DNA of 52,971 bases from Novosphingobium sp. (GCA_020446595.1 JAGREJ010000004.1:1-52971), one strand, 5' to 3'; counted from the stretch's first letter, positions 1-10,575 are shown. Notes: generated by a model not told the origin, from the sequence alone. A program made the numbers and translations.

Positions 1-1194
1 GAACCTGCAGAGGAGTTCGACTTCGCGACACCTCTGGGCCAGTTCCTCAAACTGTTCGCGCTTGCCTCATTCGTTACCGCTCTGGTCGGCTATGTGCCCC
101 TTGCAAGCGAGATCTTCAGCTCGGTCATGGCGACCCTCGCAGTCATTGCCATCGCCATCTACCTGAACCGCACGATCAAGCTGATCGCTTCCGCCATTGG
201 TTCCTCGCTGAAAGCCTACCGGCGTTCGTTCCAGTTCCTGCCGATGGTGACGGGTCTGGTCCTGTTGGCAGGAAGCCTGCTGCTTATCGCGCTGATCTGG
301 GGGTATCGACCGCAGGAAATCGGCGATGGACTGACCGCACTGCGCGACGGCATCGACTTTGGAGACGTTCGCATATCGGCGGGAGACGTCTTCACCTTCG
401 CGCTCGTGTTCTTCATCGGCTACGTTGCGACCCGGTTCGTCCAGCGTTTCCTTCGCCTCTCGATATTGCCGCAGTTCGAGCTCGATCGTGGCGGCATTGC
501 GGCGATCGTCACGGCGGTCGGCTATATCGGCGTCATTCTTGCGGCTCTTGTCGCGATTGCTTCTACGGGACTGGACCTGTCGAGCCTGGCATTCGTTGCG
601 GGCGCTCTGTCTGTGGGTCTGGGCTTCGGACTTCAGTCGGTCGTCGAGAACTTCACCAGCGGCATCCTCCTGCTGGCGGAAAGGCCGATCAAGGAAGGCG
701 ACTGGATCGAAGTCGGCGAGTTTTCAGGCATTGTCCGCAAGATTTCCGTTCGTTCGACCCAGTTGGAGACGTTCGACCGCCATTTCATCATCATTCCGAA
801 TTCGTTGCTTATCACCGGAAGCGTCAAGAACCTCAGCTTCACAGGCGGTGCCGCGCGCATCCGCGTTCCGGTCGGCGTGAGCTACGATGCCGATGTCGAC
901 AGGGTCCACAAGCTGCTGAAGGAGATCGCGCTCAGCCTGCCGAACGTGCTGTCGGACCCGGAGCCGGCCGTGCTGCTGACGGACTTCGGCGACAGTTCGA
1001 TCAACTTCGACGTGCTCTGTTTCGTTGCCGACGTGACCACGGGTTCGGGCACGCAGTCGGAGCTGAACCTTGAGATTGCTCGCCGCTTTGCAAGCGAGGG
1101 CATCGAAATTCCGTTCCCACAACGCGAGATTCACATCAAGCACGAGGACGCTCTCCTGCCAACCGCACCGGAAGCGCCGCCCACAAAGGATTGA
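1..1194 (+). CDS. MscS-family mechanosensitive channel (large MscK-like type), 5'-partial
   Basis: Frame is open from base 1 (EPAEEFDF...). Multiple TM helices followed by the MscS core: GALSVGLGFGLQSVVENFTSGILLLAERPIKEGDWI, IIIPNS, GIEIPFPQR. Confidence 0.9.
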   Translation, partial: EPAEEFDFATPLGQFLKLFALASFVTALVGYVPLASEIFSSVMATLAVIAIAIYLNRTIKLIASAIGSSLKAYRRSFQFLPMVTGLVLLAGSLLLIALIWGYRPQEIGDGLTALRDGIDFGDVRISAGDVFTFALVFFIGYVATRFVQRFLRLSILPQFELDRGGIAAIVTAVGYIGVILAALVAIASTGLDLSSLAFVAGALSVGLGFGLQSVVENFTSGILLLAERPIKEGDWIEVGEFSGIVRKISVRSTQLETFDRHFIIIPNSLLITGSVKNLSFTGGAARIRVPVGVSYDADVDRVHKLLKEIALSLPNVLSDPEPAVLLTDFGDSSINFDVLCFVADVTTGSGTQSELNLEIARRFASEGIEIPFPQREIHIKHEDALLPTAPEAPPTKD

Positions 1195-1298
1195 TTGCGC
1201 GGATTTTACCGGAAGCGATCCTCGATCTGCGAGGCAGACCGGCCATCGGGCGCGAAACAAGCCCACACCAAGGATTTGCAACGGGTTGCAGTGAATTT

Positions 1299-1321
1299 TG
1301 GCGGAGAGGGTGGGATTCGAA
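1299..1321 (-). repeat. att core, distal copy (duplicated tRNA-Ser 3' end)
   Basis: TGGCGGAGAGGGTGGGATTCGAA, identical to 50327-50349. Homology stops in the T-loop. Confidence 0.95.
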
Positions 1322-1374
1322 TAAGTTACTTATCTCTCTGAACCTTCATGAGATTTCCTCAAAACATGTATAAT

Positions 1375-1394
1375 GTGCCCCCGCATATGCCCCC
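1375..1394 (+). repeat. Putative integrase arm-type sites (RYGCCCCC x2, 12-bp period)
   Basis: GTGCCCCC at 1375-1382 and ATGCCCCC at 1387-1394. The same motif recurs at 50171-50212. Confidence 0.65.
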
Positions 1395-1488
1395 AATTCA
1401 CTCTGACGGATAATGTATTGCAACCGAAAAAATATGAACTGCAGCCACTACTCTAGCTGTCGTGTCGCGCACACCTTCGATTCAGCCT

Positions 1489-4191
1489 CTAGGCGAAAGC
1501 GTAGCTGAATCCTGATGCCCCGGTCGAAACGGTGATTTCCTTGACCTGCTCGCCGTCCATTTGGCGCCCCAGCAATTCGACCGACATCTCGGGCAGCATC
1601 GTATTGGTGAGGATCGCATCGATCATCCGGCCGCCGCTGTCGACTTCGGTACAGCGCGAAACGATCAGATCGACGACATCCTGCCCATAAGTGAACGCTA
1701 TGTCGTGGTTTTCCGCGATGCGCCGCTTGATCCGCTCAAGCTGGATGCGCACGATCTCGCCCAGCATTTGCTGGCTGAGCGGGTAATAGGGTAACACCAT
1801 GAGGCGCCCCAGCAGCGCCGGAGGAAAGACCTTGAGCAGTTCAGGGCGCAACGCTTCGCTCAGAGCCTCCGCTCCCGGTTTGAGCTCTTCGTCCTCAGAC
1901 ATCGACATGATGAGGTCCGTGCCGACGTTCGAGGTGAGAAGAATCAGCGTGTTCTTGAAATCGATGAAGCGGCCTTCACTGTCGTTCATGAACCCCTTGT
2001 CGAAAACCTGGAAGAACATCTCGTGGACATCGGGATGGGCTTTCTCGATCTCGTCGAGCAGCACCACCGAGTAGGGCCGCCGACGCACCGCCTCGGTCAG
2101 CACGCCGCCCTGGCCATAGCCGACGTAGCCAGCCGGCGCTCCCTTCAGGGTCGATACGGTGTGCGCTTCCTGGAACTCACTCATGTTGATGACGATCATC
2201 GATTCGTCGCCGGAGAACAGCAGCTCCGAAAGGGCATGCGCGGTTTCGGTCTTGCCGACACCGGACGGGCCGCACAGCATGAACACGCCGACTGGCTTGT
2301 TGGGATTGTCGAGCTTGGCGCGAGAGGTCTGGATCCGTTTGGATATCGCATCCATGGCATGATCCTGCCCGATGACGCGCGACTTGAGCGCATCGGCAAT
2401 CTTCAGGACGCTCGCGATCTCGTCCTTGACCATGCGACCGACCGGAATGCCGGTCCAGTCGCCTACGACGGCGGCAACGGCATCCTCGTCGGCAACGCCG
2501 AAGATCATGGGCGTGTCGCCTTGCGCTGACCGCATGACCTCGATCGCGGCCTGCAGTTCGTCCTTGAGTTCGGATTCGGACTTTGCAGGCTGCCCGGCAT
2601 CCGGAGCGTCATCGCTCGCGACCTCGCCGCCTTCGGCTTCCCCGGCTGCAGAAGCCTTCTGCGCTGCACGCAGCGCATCGCGCACCACGACCACCTTGGC
2701 GAAAGCATCCTTCTCGGCCTGCCATTTTGCCTCGATCTCGGCGAATTCCGTCCGGGCCTCTGCGAGTTGCGCCTCAATCGAGCCCAGGTCGCCCGCATCG
2801 CGATACTGGTCGTCGACCTCGCGCGAAGCGATGTCTCGTTCGACCTCGAGCAGTTCGATCCGCCGCATCCGGTCTTCGACCATCGCCGGGGTTGCATGCT
2901 GCGACACCGCCACGCGCGCGCAGGCCGTATCCAGCAGACTCACCGCCTTGTCCGGCAACTGGCGCGCGGGCACATAGCGTTGCGACAGGGTGACCGCGGC
3001 GCTGACCGCCTCATCCAGCACAACGACATCGTGATGCTTTTCCATCATCGGCGCAACCGACCGGATCATCGCGACTGCCTTGTCTGTTTCCGGCTCGCGA
3101 ACATCGACTGTCTGGAAGCGGCGGGTAAGCGCGGGATCCTTTTCGAAGTACTGGCGGTACTCGGCGTAGGTCGTTGCCGCGATGGTACGCAGGCGTCCTC
3201 GTGCAAGCGCCGGCTTGAGCAGATTGGCTGCATCGCCCGTCCCCGCCTGCCCGCCTGCGCCAATCAGGGTATGCGCCTCATCGATGAACAGGATGATCGG
3301 ATCGGGCGAGGATTCGACCTCGTCGATGACCGAGCGAAGCCGCTTTTCGAATTCGCCCTTCACGCTGGCGCCCGCTTGCATCAACCCGATATCGAGCGAT
3401 CGCAGCGTCACGCCCCTGAGCGAGGGTGGAACATCGCCATCGACGATTCGCTTCGCAAACCCCTCGACCACAGCCGTCTTGCCCACGCCCGCCTCGCCGA
3501 TCAGGATCGGGTTGTTCTGGCGACGGCGCAGCAGGATATCGACGCATTGCCGAATTTCCGCATCGCGCCCGACTATAGAGTCGATCTCGCCGTTGCGTGC
3601 CTTTTCCGTCAGGTCGATGGCATATTTGGCGAGCGCGCTTTCACCGGACATGACCTGGCCGCCGCCGCCATCGATGACCTGCGGGTCCGAACCTGCAGAC
3701 CCGGGTTCGCTTGTCTCTCCGGATTCCTTCACGATGTCCTCGAAACGGTCGCCGAGGTCATCCGCTCTGACCTTGCGCCACTCGTTGCTCAGGCCGATCA
3801 GGGCATTTTCCAGCGTCTGTGTCTTCAGCATGGCATAGATCAGATGACCGGTGCGCACGCGACCTGCCGAAAACTGCAGCGAAGCATAGAGCCAGCCCTT
3901 TTCGATCGCCTCCTCGATCTGCGGCGCGAAGTCGGAAATCGCGGTCGCTCCGCGGGGCAGTCCGTCCAGCCGCGCCACGATGTCGCGGGCAAGCTGGGTA
4001 TCATCAAGGCCGAAATGGTTGCGGATTGCCGCTACGTCGTTCTGCGGGTCCTGAAGCATGACATGGACCCAGTGCGCCAGTTCCACATAGGGATTGCCGC
4101 GCATCTTGCAAAATGACGTCGCCGTTTCGATCGACTTCAGCCCGGTTGGATTAAGCCTGCCGAAAAGCGAAGTCCTGCTGATCTTGCTCAT
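1489..4191 (-). CDS. tssH: T6SS AAA+ ATPase ClpV/TssH
   Basis: Two AAA modules (GEAGVGKT, GPSGVGKT), LLRRRQNNP, ClpV-type N-terminus (RGNPYVELAHW); last gene of the tss operon. Confidence 0.96.
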   Translation of the reverse strand: MSKISRTSLFGRLNPTGLKSIETATSFCKMRGNPYVELAHWVHVMLQDPQNDVAAIRNHFGLDDTQLARDIVARLDGLPRGATAISDFAPQIEEAIEKGWLYASLQFSAGRVRTGHLIYAMLKTQTLENALIGLSNEWRKVRADDLGDRFEDIVKESGETSEPGSAGSDPQVIDGGGGQVMSGESALAKYAIDLTEKARNGEIDSIVGRDAEIRQCVDILLRRRQNNPILIGEAGVGKTAVVEGFAKRIVDGDVPPSLRGVTLRSLDIGLMQAGASVKGEFEKRLRSVIDEVESSPDPIILFIDEAHTLIGAGGQAGTGDAANLLKPALARGRLRTIAATTYAEYRQYFEKDPALTRRFQTVDVREPETDKAVAMIRSVAPMMEKHHDVVVLDEAVSAAVTLSQRYVPARQLPDKAVSLLDTACARVAVSQHATPAMVEDRMRRIELLEVERDIASREVDDQYRDAGDLGSIEAQLAEARTEFAEIEAKWQAEKDAFAKVVVVRDALRAAQKASAAGEAEGGEVASDDAPDAGQPAKSESELKDELQAAIEVMRSAQGDTPMIFGVADEDAVAAVVGDWTGIPVGRMVKDEIASVLKIADALKSRVIGQDHAMDAISKRIQTSRAKLDNPNKPVGVFMLCGPSGVGKTETAHALSELLFSGDESMIVINMSEFQEAHTVSTLKGAPAGYVGYGQGGVLTEAVRRRPYSVVLLDEIEKAHPDVHEMFFQVFDKGFMNDSEGRFIDFKNTLILLTSNVGTDLIMSMSEDEELKPGAEALSEALRPELLKVFPPALLGRLMVLPYYPLSQQMLGEIVRIQLERIKRRIAENHDIAFTYGQDVVDLIVSRCTEVDSGGRMIDAILTNTMLPEMSVELLGRQMDGEQVKEITVSTGASGFSYAFA

Positions 4192-5249
4192 ATCATAGAT
4201 CCCCTCTGTTTCGTTCGGCTGCCAGCCGCACCGGCGCTGCGACGATAGCGCCCCTTGCCCAGTCTCACATCGCGCCGCACCTTGCCCGGCGAGCCATCAC
4301 CAAGCCAGCTCGTCCAGCCAAGCTGCGCCGAGCCGTCCGCACGCGCTGCCCTAATGTGCCTGCCGTCCAGTTCGATGGCAATTTCCCAATTGAGATGGCT
4401 TGGTGCGAAAGCGTCGAGGGCCTCGCTGGCAGCGGGAAACCGGCTGCCAGTGGGCATGAGGCTGCGGTAATCGTGGAGCGAGTTTGCGCGGATGACGACC
4501 TGAAACGATTCCGATGCCAGGCGAATGCGGCCGCCCACGAACATGTCCTTTCCCAGTTCGCAGAAGCTGCGTCCGAGCCGCGACTGATCGGCTTGCTCGA
4601 TAGGATACCAGTCGGGCAGGAACTCGTTGATCTTCACGTCCTGCTCCAGCAGGTGCGACAGAGCATCCTCGATTGCCACCGCGCTGCGCGGCGAGGCGAG
4701 CAGACCCGCATATTGCAACCGGGCCGCGGCTGGCAGAGAACCATTCTGCCTTGCCCCATCCATCGCGCCGGAAAGCAGCGCAATATACCAGGCGAACACA
4801 TCGTCGCCCGGCCGGTCTGCGGAGGCAACGGGCTGGCTGTCCGCCCAGGCCCTGTAAAAGAGCTGAAGCATCCGGTTTGCCAGCATGTCGAGCCAGCGGC
4901 CAAACGGCCGGGCCTTGGCATAGCGACGTTCGTAAATGGCGAACTCGGTAAGGTGGCTCGGCATCGGCCCCATCGGGCCAAGCAATCCCAGCCAGTGGCC
5001 CTGAATGTCGGGGCGACGACGATTGAATTCGATATTCTCGATGGTCGGGGCGGGAAACGCGTTTGACGGAATCTGCGACAAGGAAAGGATGTCACGCGAA
5101 GGACCATTGGCCGTGCCCACGCGCGGCAGATGCGACGCACGCGCCTCAGTGGAGCGGACGACAGGAAACAGACCGAAGCGGCGTACCTCCTCGCTAACCT
5201 GCTCCAGATACCTCAGATGCTCTTGCGGCGGCCGATCCTCGGAGGCCAT
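4188..5249 (-). CDS. tssG: T6SS baseplate TssG
   Basis: GLLGPMGPMPSHLTE, RMLQLFYRAW and LGWTSWLG motifs; lies between tssF and clpV. Confidence 0.93.
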   Translation of the reverse strand: MASEDRPPQEHLRYLEQVSEEVRRFGLFPVVRSTEARASHLPRVGTANGPSRDILSLSQIPSNAFPAPTIENIEFNRRRPDIQGHWLGLLGPMGPMPSHLTEFAIYERRYAKARPFGRWLDMLANRMLQLFYRAWADSQPVASADRPGDDVFAWYIALLSGAMDGARQNGSLPAAARLQYAGLLASPRSAVAIEDALSHLLEQDVKINEFLPDWYPIEQADQSRLGRSFCELGKDMFVGGRIRLASESFQVVIRANSLHDYRSLMPTGSRFPAASEALDAFAPSHLNWEIAIELDGRHIRAARADGSAQLGWTSWLGDGSPGKVRRDVRLGKGRYRRSAGAAGSRTKQRGSMI

Positions 5250-7135
5250 GACGCGAATTTTCCTTCCGTCTGACTTTCAAAATGACATTCCGTGAAAGAA
5301 TTTATGCTCGCAAATTCGGCAAGAAACCGCTCCAGCACCGAAGCGAACAGGAACATGCGCGACAGATCGAAAGCGGCATCGTCCAGCTTGATCCTGATGC
5401 GATGGCCGCGCGCAATGGACATGGCACGCGCCCCGGGCACACGCCGCGTTATGGGTTCGGCCCGCACTTCGAGGAGACTGTCGATGTGGCGCTGCGAAGC
5501 GGCATCGTCGCGGCGCCCGTACAGCGCGAGATGATCGCGCAGGATTGACGGATCGCCGTCTATCTCGTCAGCAAGCGACAGGTAGTTCGGAGTGAGATGC
5601 CCGATGATGCGCCAGGCCGCGTCACCCTGGATACGTTCGCCGAACGGACTCTCGCGGTTCTGGCGCTGGTTGAGAGTCCCGATTCCCATCGGCGGTCGCG
5701 GCGCGGTGGGCGAGCGCAGGATATTCACCTTGCGAGCAGGCACGCCGACGACCTTGAAGTGGCTCGTGCCGCTGAAGCGCAGCAGAGCGGGAAGCTCGCG
5801 GTTGGTAACCCAGGCCTTGATCGCCAGTTCGGCGATGTCGTCCAGCAATTCGGGCCGGTTCGGCGCAGTCAGCATGATCCAGCATTCCGTGCCAACATAG
5901 TCCCTGCGGTTGCGAAGGCGCTGTTCGCGCGTCGACAGGCGGCGCTGGCGAAGTCTCGTTGTATAGAACAGGGAATCGCGTTGATCGAAGAGCTGACCGC
6001 CGATTTCATAGAGCGGCATCACCCGTCGCTGCAGGGTATTCTGCCTCGTGTATGCCCCGATATCGGTAATCCGGAACACTTCGAAGTCGAGCGGCTTGGC
6101 CCGATCGGGGACGACATGGAATTCGTGTTCGTGCGCGCTGTAGACAACGCGGCCGAGCTGCTTCTCGAACAGGTTGATCGCCGGTGTCGCGAACAGCTTG
6201 AAATTGGACGGCTCGAGCGCATTCACGAGAATACTCGTGGTTCGGGACAGCAGGATGACGATATCGAGCTTGTTGCCGCCGATCGACATGGCCGGTTTCA
6301 GGCCAGTGAGCCCGGCAAACAGAAACCTTTCCGGACAGGCAAAGTATTCCGAGAGAATGCGATACCCGCGAAAGCTGCGCCGCTCGACCGGCAACAGGGC
6401 TTCCTCGTCGTTGAAACCGACCTGTTCGACCTGCCCCACCTTTTTCCAGCCTGCCGCTCCGCTACCCGAATCGGGCGACCCCGCGATCACGGCGATCTGG
6501 TCGCCGATCAACTGGCGATAGAGCTCTCCCGGCAGCATTTCGGAGCCATCAAGATAGATTGGCAAGCTGTCGAGCGGCAGATCCGAGAAATCGACGCCGC
6601 CCGTCGTCTCGATCCGCAATCTCAGTGCCGCCTCGGCCCTGACGCCTGCAATCTGCGCAAAGCTCGCCGCCGCAGCGCGGCTTGACAGGTATTCGCACTG
6701 GGTGACCTTGATCGGCCACAAGACGACATCGTGGCCCGATCTGAAGCGAACCGGCGTCGTTTCCCCCTCGATTGCCTCGGCCACGAGTTCGGTGCCGCGG
6801 CCCACGACGAACCCTTCGTTCAGTGCCGGATCGCCTTCGATCGGCTCGAACCCGGCAATGCAGATCGACGGGATCGGCGCCAGATAGTGCGGCTGAATCG
6901 CTTGCAGGAGGTGGTGCGTGAACTCGGGAAACTGGTCTTCCATCTTGAGCTGCACACGCGCGCCGAGATAGGCCACGCCTTCCAGCAGACGTTCGACGTG
7001 CGGATCGGGTTCCTGAGGGGATTTGAGGCCGAGATAGCCGGCAGCGCTTTCGTGCTCCTTGCCGAATTCGCTCGCCGATTCGCGCAGATGCGCCAGTTCG
7101 CGTTCGTAAAGGCGCAGGAGGCGGGGATTGACCAT
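5213..7135 (-). CDS. tssF: T6SS baseplate TssF
   Basis: YERELAHLRE..EF, DPHVERLLEG, PHYLAPIPS, GYRILSEYF.CPERF, ATPAINLF, SINSFT. Confidence 0.95.
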   Translation of the reverse strand: MVNPRLLRLYERELAHLRESASEFGKEHESAAGYLGLKSPQEPDPHVERLLEGVAYLGARVQLKMEDQFPEFTHHLLQAIQPHYLAPIPSICIAGFEPIEGDPALNEGFVVGRGTELVAEAIEGETTPVRFRSGHDVVLWPIKVTQCEYLSSRAAAASFAQIAGVRAEAALRLRIETTGGVDFSDLPLDSLPIYLDGSEMLPGELYRQLIGDQIAVIAGSPDSGSGAAGWKKVGQVEQVGFNDEEALLPVERRSFRGYRILSEYFACPERFLFAGLTGLKPAMSIGGNKLDIVILLSRTTSILVNALEPSNFKLFATPAINLFEKQLGRVVYSAHEHEFHVVPDRAKPLDFEVFRITDIGAYTRQNTLQRRVMPLYEIGGQLFDQRDSLFYTTRLRQRRLSTREQRLRNRRDYVGTECWIMLTAPNRPELLDDIAELAIKAWVTNRELPALLRFSGTSHFKVVGVPARKVNILRSPTAPRPPMGIGTLNQRQNRESPFGERIQGDAAWRIIGHLTPNYLSLADEIDGDPSILRDHLALYGRRDDAASQRHIDSLLEVRAEPITRRVPGARAMSIARGHRIRIKLDDAAFDLSRMFLFASVLERFLAEFASINSFTECHFESQTEGKFASWPPRIGRRKSI

Positions 7136-7138
7136 TGC

Positions 7139-7672
7139 CTACTCGCGCACGTCCACGGATGCGATCTCCGCATCCACATCGGTCTTGAACTTCACCGGCA
7201 TGGCTCGCACGGCAGAGCCAATGTCGCCGGAGATCACATAGGTGACCGAGTTGATCTTTTCGATTTCGTCGAGGGGTTCAACGCGCAGGCCCGCCTCCTC
7301 GAAACGAGGTTCGAAGGTCAGTATCGCCTTGCGAATTTCGCGGGCGCGGCGTCGGATGACGGTGCGGCTGGCGGCCTGTCCCGCCAGATCGGGCACCCCG
7401 AAGTTGAGCACCGATGTGGCGACATTGGGATAGTCTTCGAGGTCCACGCTCGCGCCCAGGTTGGTGGTATTCAGCAACCACGCCAGATCGCGGCGCAAGG
7501 TCTGGCGCATGGCCTTTTCATTGAACCTGTTGAGGTCGGGAATGGCGTAGTTGCGGAACTGCTCTCGCGCGATCCGTTCTTCCTTGTCATCCGACTGGTC
7601 CGTAAGTCCGGCAATCGTCAAGCCACCGACCAGCTTGTCGAACAGGGTCGGTGTCAGCGTTTCCTGAACCAT
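7139..7672 (-). CDS. tssE: T6SS baseplate TssE (gp25-like)
   Basis: PTLFDKL, RRDLAWLLNT, SVLNFGVPDL, FEPR. Confidence 0.92.
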   Translation of the reverse strand: MVQETLTPTLFDKLVGGLTIAGLTDQSDDKEERIAREQFRNYAIPDLNRFNEKAMRQTLRRDLAWLLNTTNLGASVDLEDYPNVATSVLNFGVPDLAGQAASRTVIRRRAREIRKAILTFEPRFEEAGLRVEPLDEIEKINSVTYVISGDIGSAVRAMPVKFKTDVDAEIASVDVRE

Positions 7673-7674
7673 TC

Positions 7675-8469
7675 TTAGACCGGATCGAACGCCAATTCGC
7701 GAACCGACAGCAATCCCACCTCGTCATCGTTCGATAGCACCCAGAGCCGCTGCCCCTGCCCCGACTGGCCCCAATCGCAATCGACCCAGTCCGTTGCCCT
7801 GGCAAGGCGCAGCCCGCCATCGTTCGCGTTTTCGGTTCCGGGATAGCGGGTCGGAATGAAACCGGCGACCGACTGGCCCGATCGCATCGCGATCTGGACC
7901 GGGTACCAGACGAGGTCGCGCAGGTCACGCGGCCCTTCGCTGACGATGCTTTCCACCTGATCGAAGGGAACGAGGCCGTACTGGCCATTGATGATCGCCT
8001 CGAAGCTCGGCCCGAAGCGGCTGTCGGCGTCGGCGATCCAGTCAAACGGCTTGCCGTCGATCGTGCCGGCGCAATCGGGTGCCGCATCGAATGCGTCCTC
8101 GCGGCAGGCTTCGCCCTGCGCGGTCCGCCCTGCGGCGAAATGGCCGATCGCCTCGGCCAGCTTGACCGCCCAGTCGGAATGAACCGCCAGCGGCATGTCC
8201 GCCTTGCCGGAAAACACCATCTCGCGCTGATCCTCGGCCGCCAGCGCCCGCGAATAGGCGACAGCCAGCATCTGCGCCTCGGGCGAGAGCTGGGCAAGCA
8301 TTCCGAGCTGCTTCGCGGCCTTCTCCCGCTCACCGACAAGAGCCAGCAACTGGAAGAGGAACATCCGCGCCGGCTGATCGGCAGGCTTCTGGCGGACGAC
8401 CTCGACGAGCGCCGCACGGGCTCCGTCGATGTCGCCTGCACTGAGGAGCTGGTGAGCCTCTTCTTCCAT
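7675..8469 (-). CDS. tagJ: T6SS accessory TagJ/ImpE (SciE)
   Basis: RMFLFQLL, FDWIADADSRFGP, DLRDLVW, IPTRYPG, GQGQR; lies between hcp and tssE. Confidence 0.9.
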   Translation of the reverse strand: MEEEAHQLLSAGDIDGARAALVEVVRQKPADQPARMFLFQLLALVGEREKAAKQLGMLAQLSPEAQMLAVAYSRALAAEDQREMVFSGKADMPLAVHSDWAVKLAEAIGHFAAGRTAQGEACREDAFDAAPDCAGTIDGKPFDWIADADSRFGPSFEAIINGQYGLVPFDQVESIVSEGPRDLRDLVWYPVQIAMRSGQSVAGFIPTRYPGTENANDGGLRLARATDWVDCDWGQSGQGQRLWVLSNDDEVGLLSVRELAFDPV

Positions 8470-8489
8470 GGTCTCGTCGAACGGTCCGA

Positions 8490-8993
8490 TCAGGCCGTCG
8501 CGACGTTCCTGCGAATGTCGTAGACACCCGAAACGACAGCCTTTTCGTTGCTCTCTTCGTCGAGAACCTTGTAATCGAAGCTCATCTTCGCGCAGTTGAA
8601 CGAGACGCTTTCCATGATGTGCTGGTCTTTGTCTGCACCCGAGCTGCTGAAGCTGGAGACCATGACGTCTTCCAGCGTGATCTTGTAATAGCCGATCGGG
8701 TCGGCATCGGGACGCGCCGGCGGCTTCTGGTCGATAAGCGTCACCTTACCTATATACCGTCCCTGTGCGCAGGCATTGAACAGGACCGCCGACGCGTTGT
8801 CGGCCCGCTTCATGATCGTCAGATCGGAAACGTCGGCACGGCCCGCACCGCCACCGCCGGCACCGCCTTCATGGAAATCGCCGCTCTGCGTGATGGCGAA
8901 ACTGTAGCTCAGGATGTCGATCCAGCCTTCGCGGCCAACCTTCTGGCTCTCGCCTTCGATTCCCTCGACTTCAATGAAAATATCTACCGCCAT
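8490..8993 (-). CDS. hcp: T6SS tube protein Hcp/TssD
   Basis: GIEGES..., WIDILSYSF, YYKITLEDVMVSS, ESVSFN; 167 aa, downstream of tssC. Confidence 0.93.
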   Translation of the reverse strand: MAVDIFIEVEGIEGESQKVGREGWIDILSYSFAITQSGDFHEGGAGGGGAGRADVSDLTIMKRADNASAVLFNACAQGRYIGKVTLIDQKPPARPDADPIGYYKITLEDVMVSSFSSSGADKDQHIMESVSFNCAKMSFDYKVLDEESNEKAVVSGVYDIRRNVATA

Positions 8994-9075
8994 TTGACTT
9001 CTCCTTTGAACGTCCGGATCATCTCGCCCCGTCGAGGTGGCACCTGCCTGTCACCTGTTCTGGCAGGCTATTGCG

Positions 9076-10575
9076 TCAGTTTGTGGCATTCTTGGGCAGG
9101 CGCGAAACCATGCTCAGCGCCACGTCCATCCCTTCGAGCTGGTAGTGTGGCATGAACATGAACTTGCCCTTGTAATACCCCGGATTTTCCTCGTCCGGGA
9201 TGACCTCGACATGTGCAGCTTTGAGCGGCAGGCGGGCCTTGGTGGCTTCGCTCGACGATTCGGGCGCGCCATCGACGAACTGCCCGACCCACGAACGCAA
9301 CTGGCTCTGCAATTGCGGCGCCTCGCGGCTGCTGCCAACCCAGTCGCGCACCATGCACTTGAGGTAGTGGGCGAAGCGGCAGCTCGCGAAAATATAGGGC
9401 AGCCGTGCCGAGAGGTTAGCATTGGAAGTCGCCGCCGCGTCTTCGTATTTCTTCGGACGGTGGAGCGTCTGCGCGCCGATGAAGGTCGCCTGATCGGTGT
9501 TCTTGCGATGGATCAGCGGCAGCATGCCCACGCCCGAAAGCTCGGCCTCGCGCCGGTCCGAAATGGCGATCTCGGTCGGACACTTCATGTCGATGCCGCC
9601 ATCGTCGGTCGGGAAGGATGAAGTTGGCAGGTCTTCCATCGTGCCGCCCGATTCCACACCGCGGATACGCGTACACCAGCCATAGGTGTTGAACGCATCG
9701 GTGATGCGTGTGGCCATACCATAGGCGGCATTGAGCCAGAGGTGATTGTCGTGGTCGCCGCCGGTCTCTTCTTCGAAGTCGAACTCCTCGACCGGTTCGG
9801 TCTTGGCACCATAGATGCGGCGGCCAAGGAAACGCGGCATGGTCAGCGCCATGTACCGGGAATCGTCGGTATCGCGGAACGAGCGCCAGGCCATGTATTC
9901 CTGCGCTTCGAATATCTTGGCCAGATCACGCGGATTGGAAAGTTCGGTCCAGCTTTCCATGCCAAACAGCGAGGAACTCGCTGCACCGATGAAAGGCGCG
10001 TGCGCCGCAGCGCCGATCTTCGAAAGCCCCTTGAGCACTTCGAGGTCCGGGCCGCTGTGATCGAAGCTGTAATCGCAAACGAATGCGCCGTAGGGCTGCC
10101 CGCCGAGCTGGCCGAATTCCGATTCGTAGACCTTCTTAAACAGCGGGCTCTGGTCCCACGCGGCGTCGCGGAACTGGCGGAACATCCGGCGGCACTCTTC
10201 CTTGCCGATGTTCATCACCCGGATCTTCATGTCCTTGCCGGTCGACGTATTCATGACGAGATAGTGCAGCCCGCGCCACGCCGATTCCAGCTGCTGAAAC
10301 TCCGGATTGTGCAGGATCAGGTTCATCTGCTCGCTGAGCTTCTTGTCGATGGCGGTCCGCATGGCATCGAGCGTGGCATAGACGTCATCGCCGACGACCG
10401 ACGAATCACTCAGGGCCTGCTGCGCCATGGTCTGCACAGCCTGCTGGATGCGATTGCTGCGCTCATCGGTGCTGGGCTTGAATTCCTTCTGGATCAGCGC
10501 CGCAAAATCGTCGAGTTCGATTGCCTCGCCGACTTCGGCGGCTTGCGCCTCTTTTCCTGCCTTACCGTCCGCCAT
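9076..10575 (-). CDS. tssC: T6SS sheath large subunit TssC
   Basis: ILHNPEFQQLESAWRGL, AAAHAPF, KCPTEIAISDRREAEL, RFAHYLK. Confidence 0.97.
   Translation of the reverse strand: MADGKAGKEAQAAEVGEAIELDDFAALIQKEFKPSTDERSNRIQQAVQTMAQQALSDSSVVGDDVYATLDAMRTAIDKKLSEQMNLILHNPEFQQLESAWRGLHYLVMNTSTGKDMKIRVMNIGKEECRRMFRQFRDAAWDQSPLFKKVYESEFGQLGGQPYGAFVCDYSFDHSGPDLEVLKGLSKIGAAAHAPFIGAASSSLFGMESWTELSNPRDLAKIFEAQEYMAWRSFRDTDDSRYMALTMPRFLGRRIYGAKTEPVEEFDFEEETGGDHDNHLWLNAAYGMATRITDAFNTYGWCTRIRGVESGGTMEDLPTSSFPTDDGGIDMKCPTEIAISDRREAELSGVGMLPLIHRKNTDQATFIGAQTLHRPKKYEDAAATSNANLSARLPYIFASCRFAHYLKCMVRDWVGSSREAPQLQSQLRSWVGQFVDGAPESSSEATKARLPLKAAHVEVIPDEENPGYYKGKFMFMPHYQLEGMDVALSMVSRLPKNATN

Noticed and set aside
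1299-1321. Second tRNA gene at the left end
   Set aside because: Only the last 23 nt are present; this is the att duplication.
2767-4116. Long antisense ORFs (449 aa here; also 5597-6685, 11550-12668, 14793-15803, 25751-27142, 30247-31878, 42928-44460)
   Set aside because: They lie opposite well-supported genes, have no motifs, and are typical shadow ORFs of GC-rich coding DNA.
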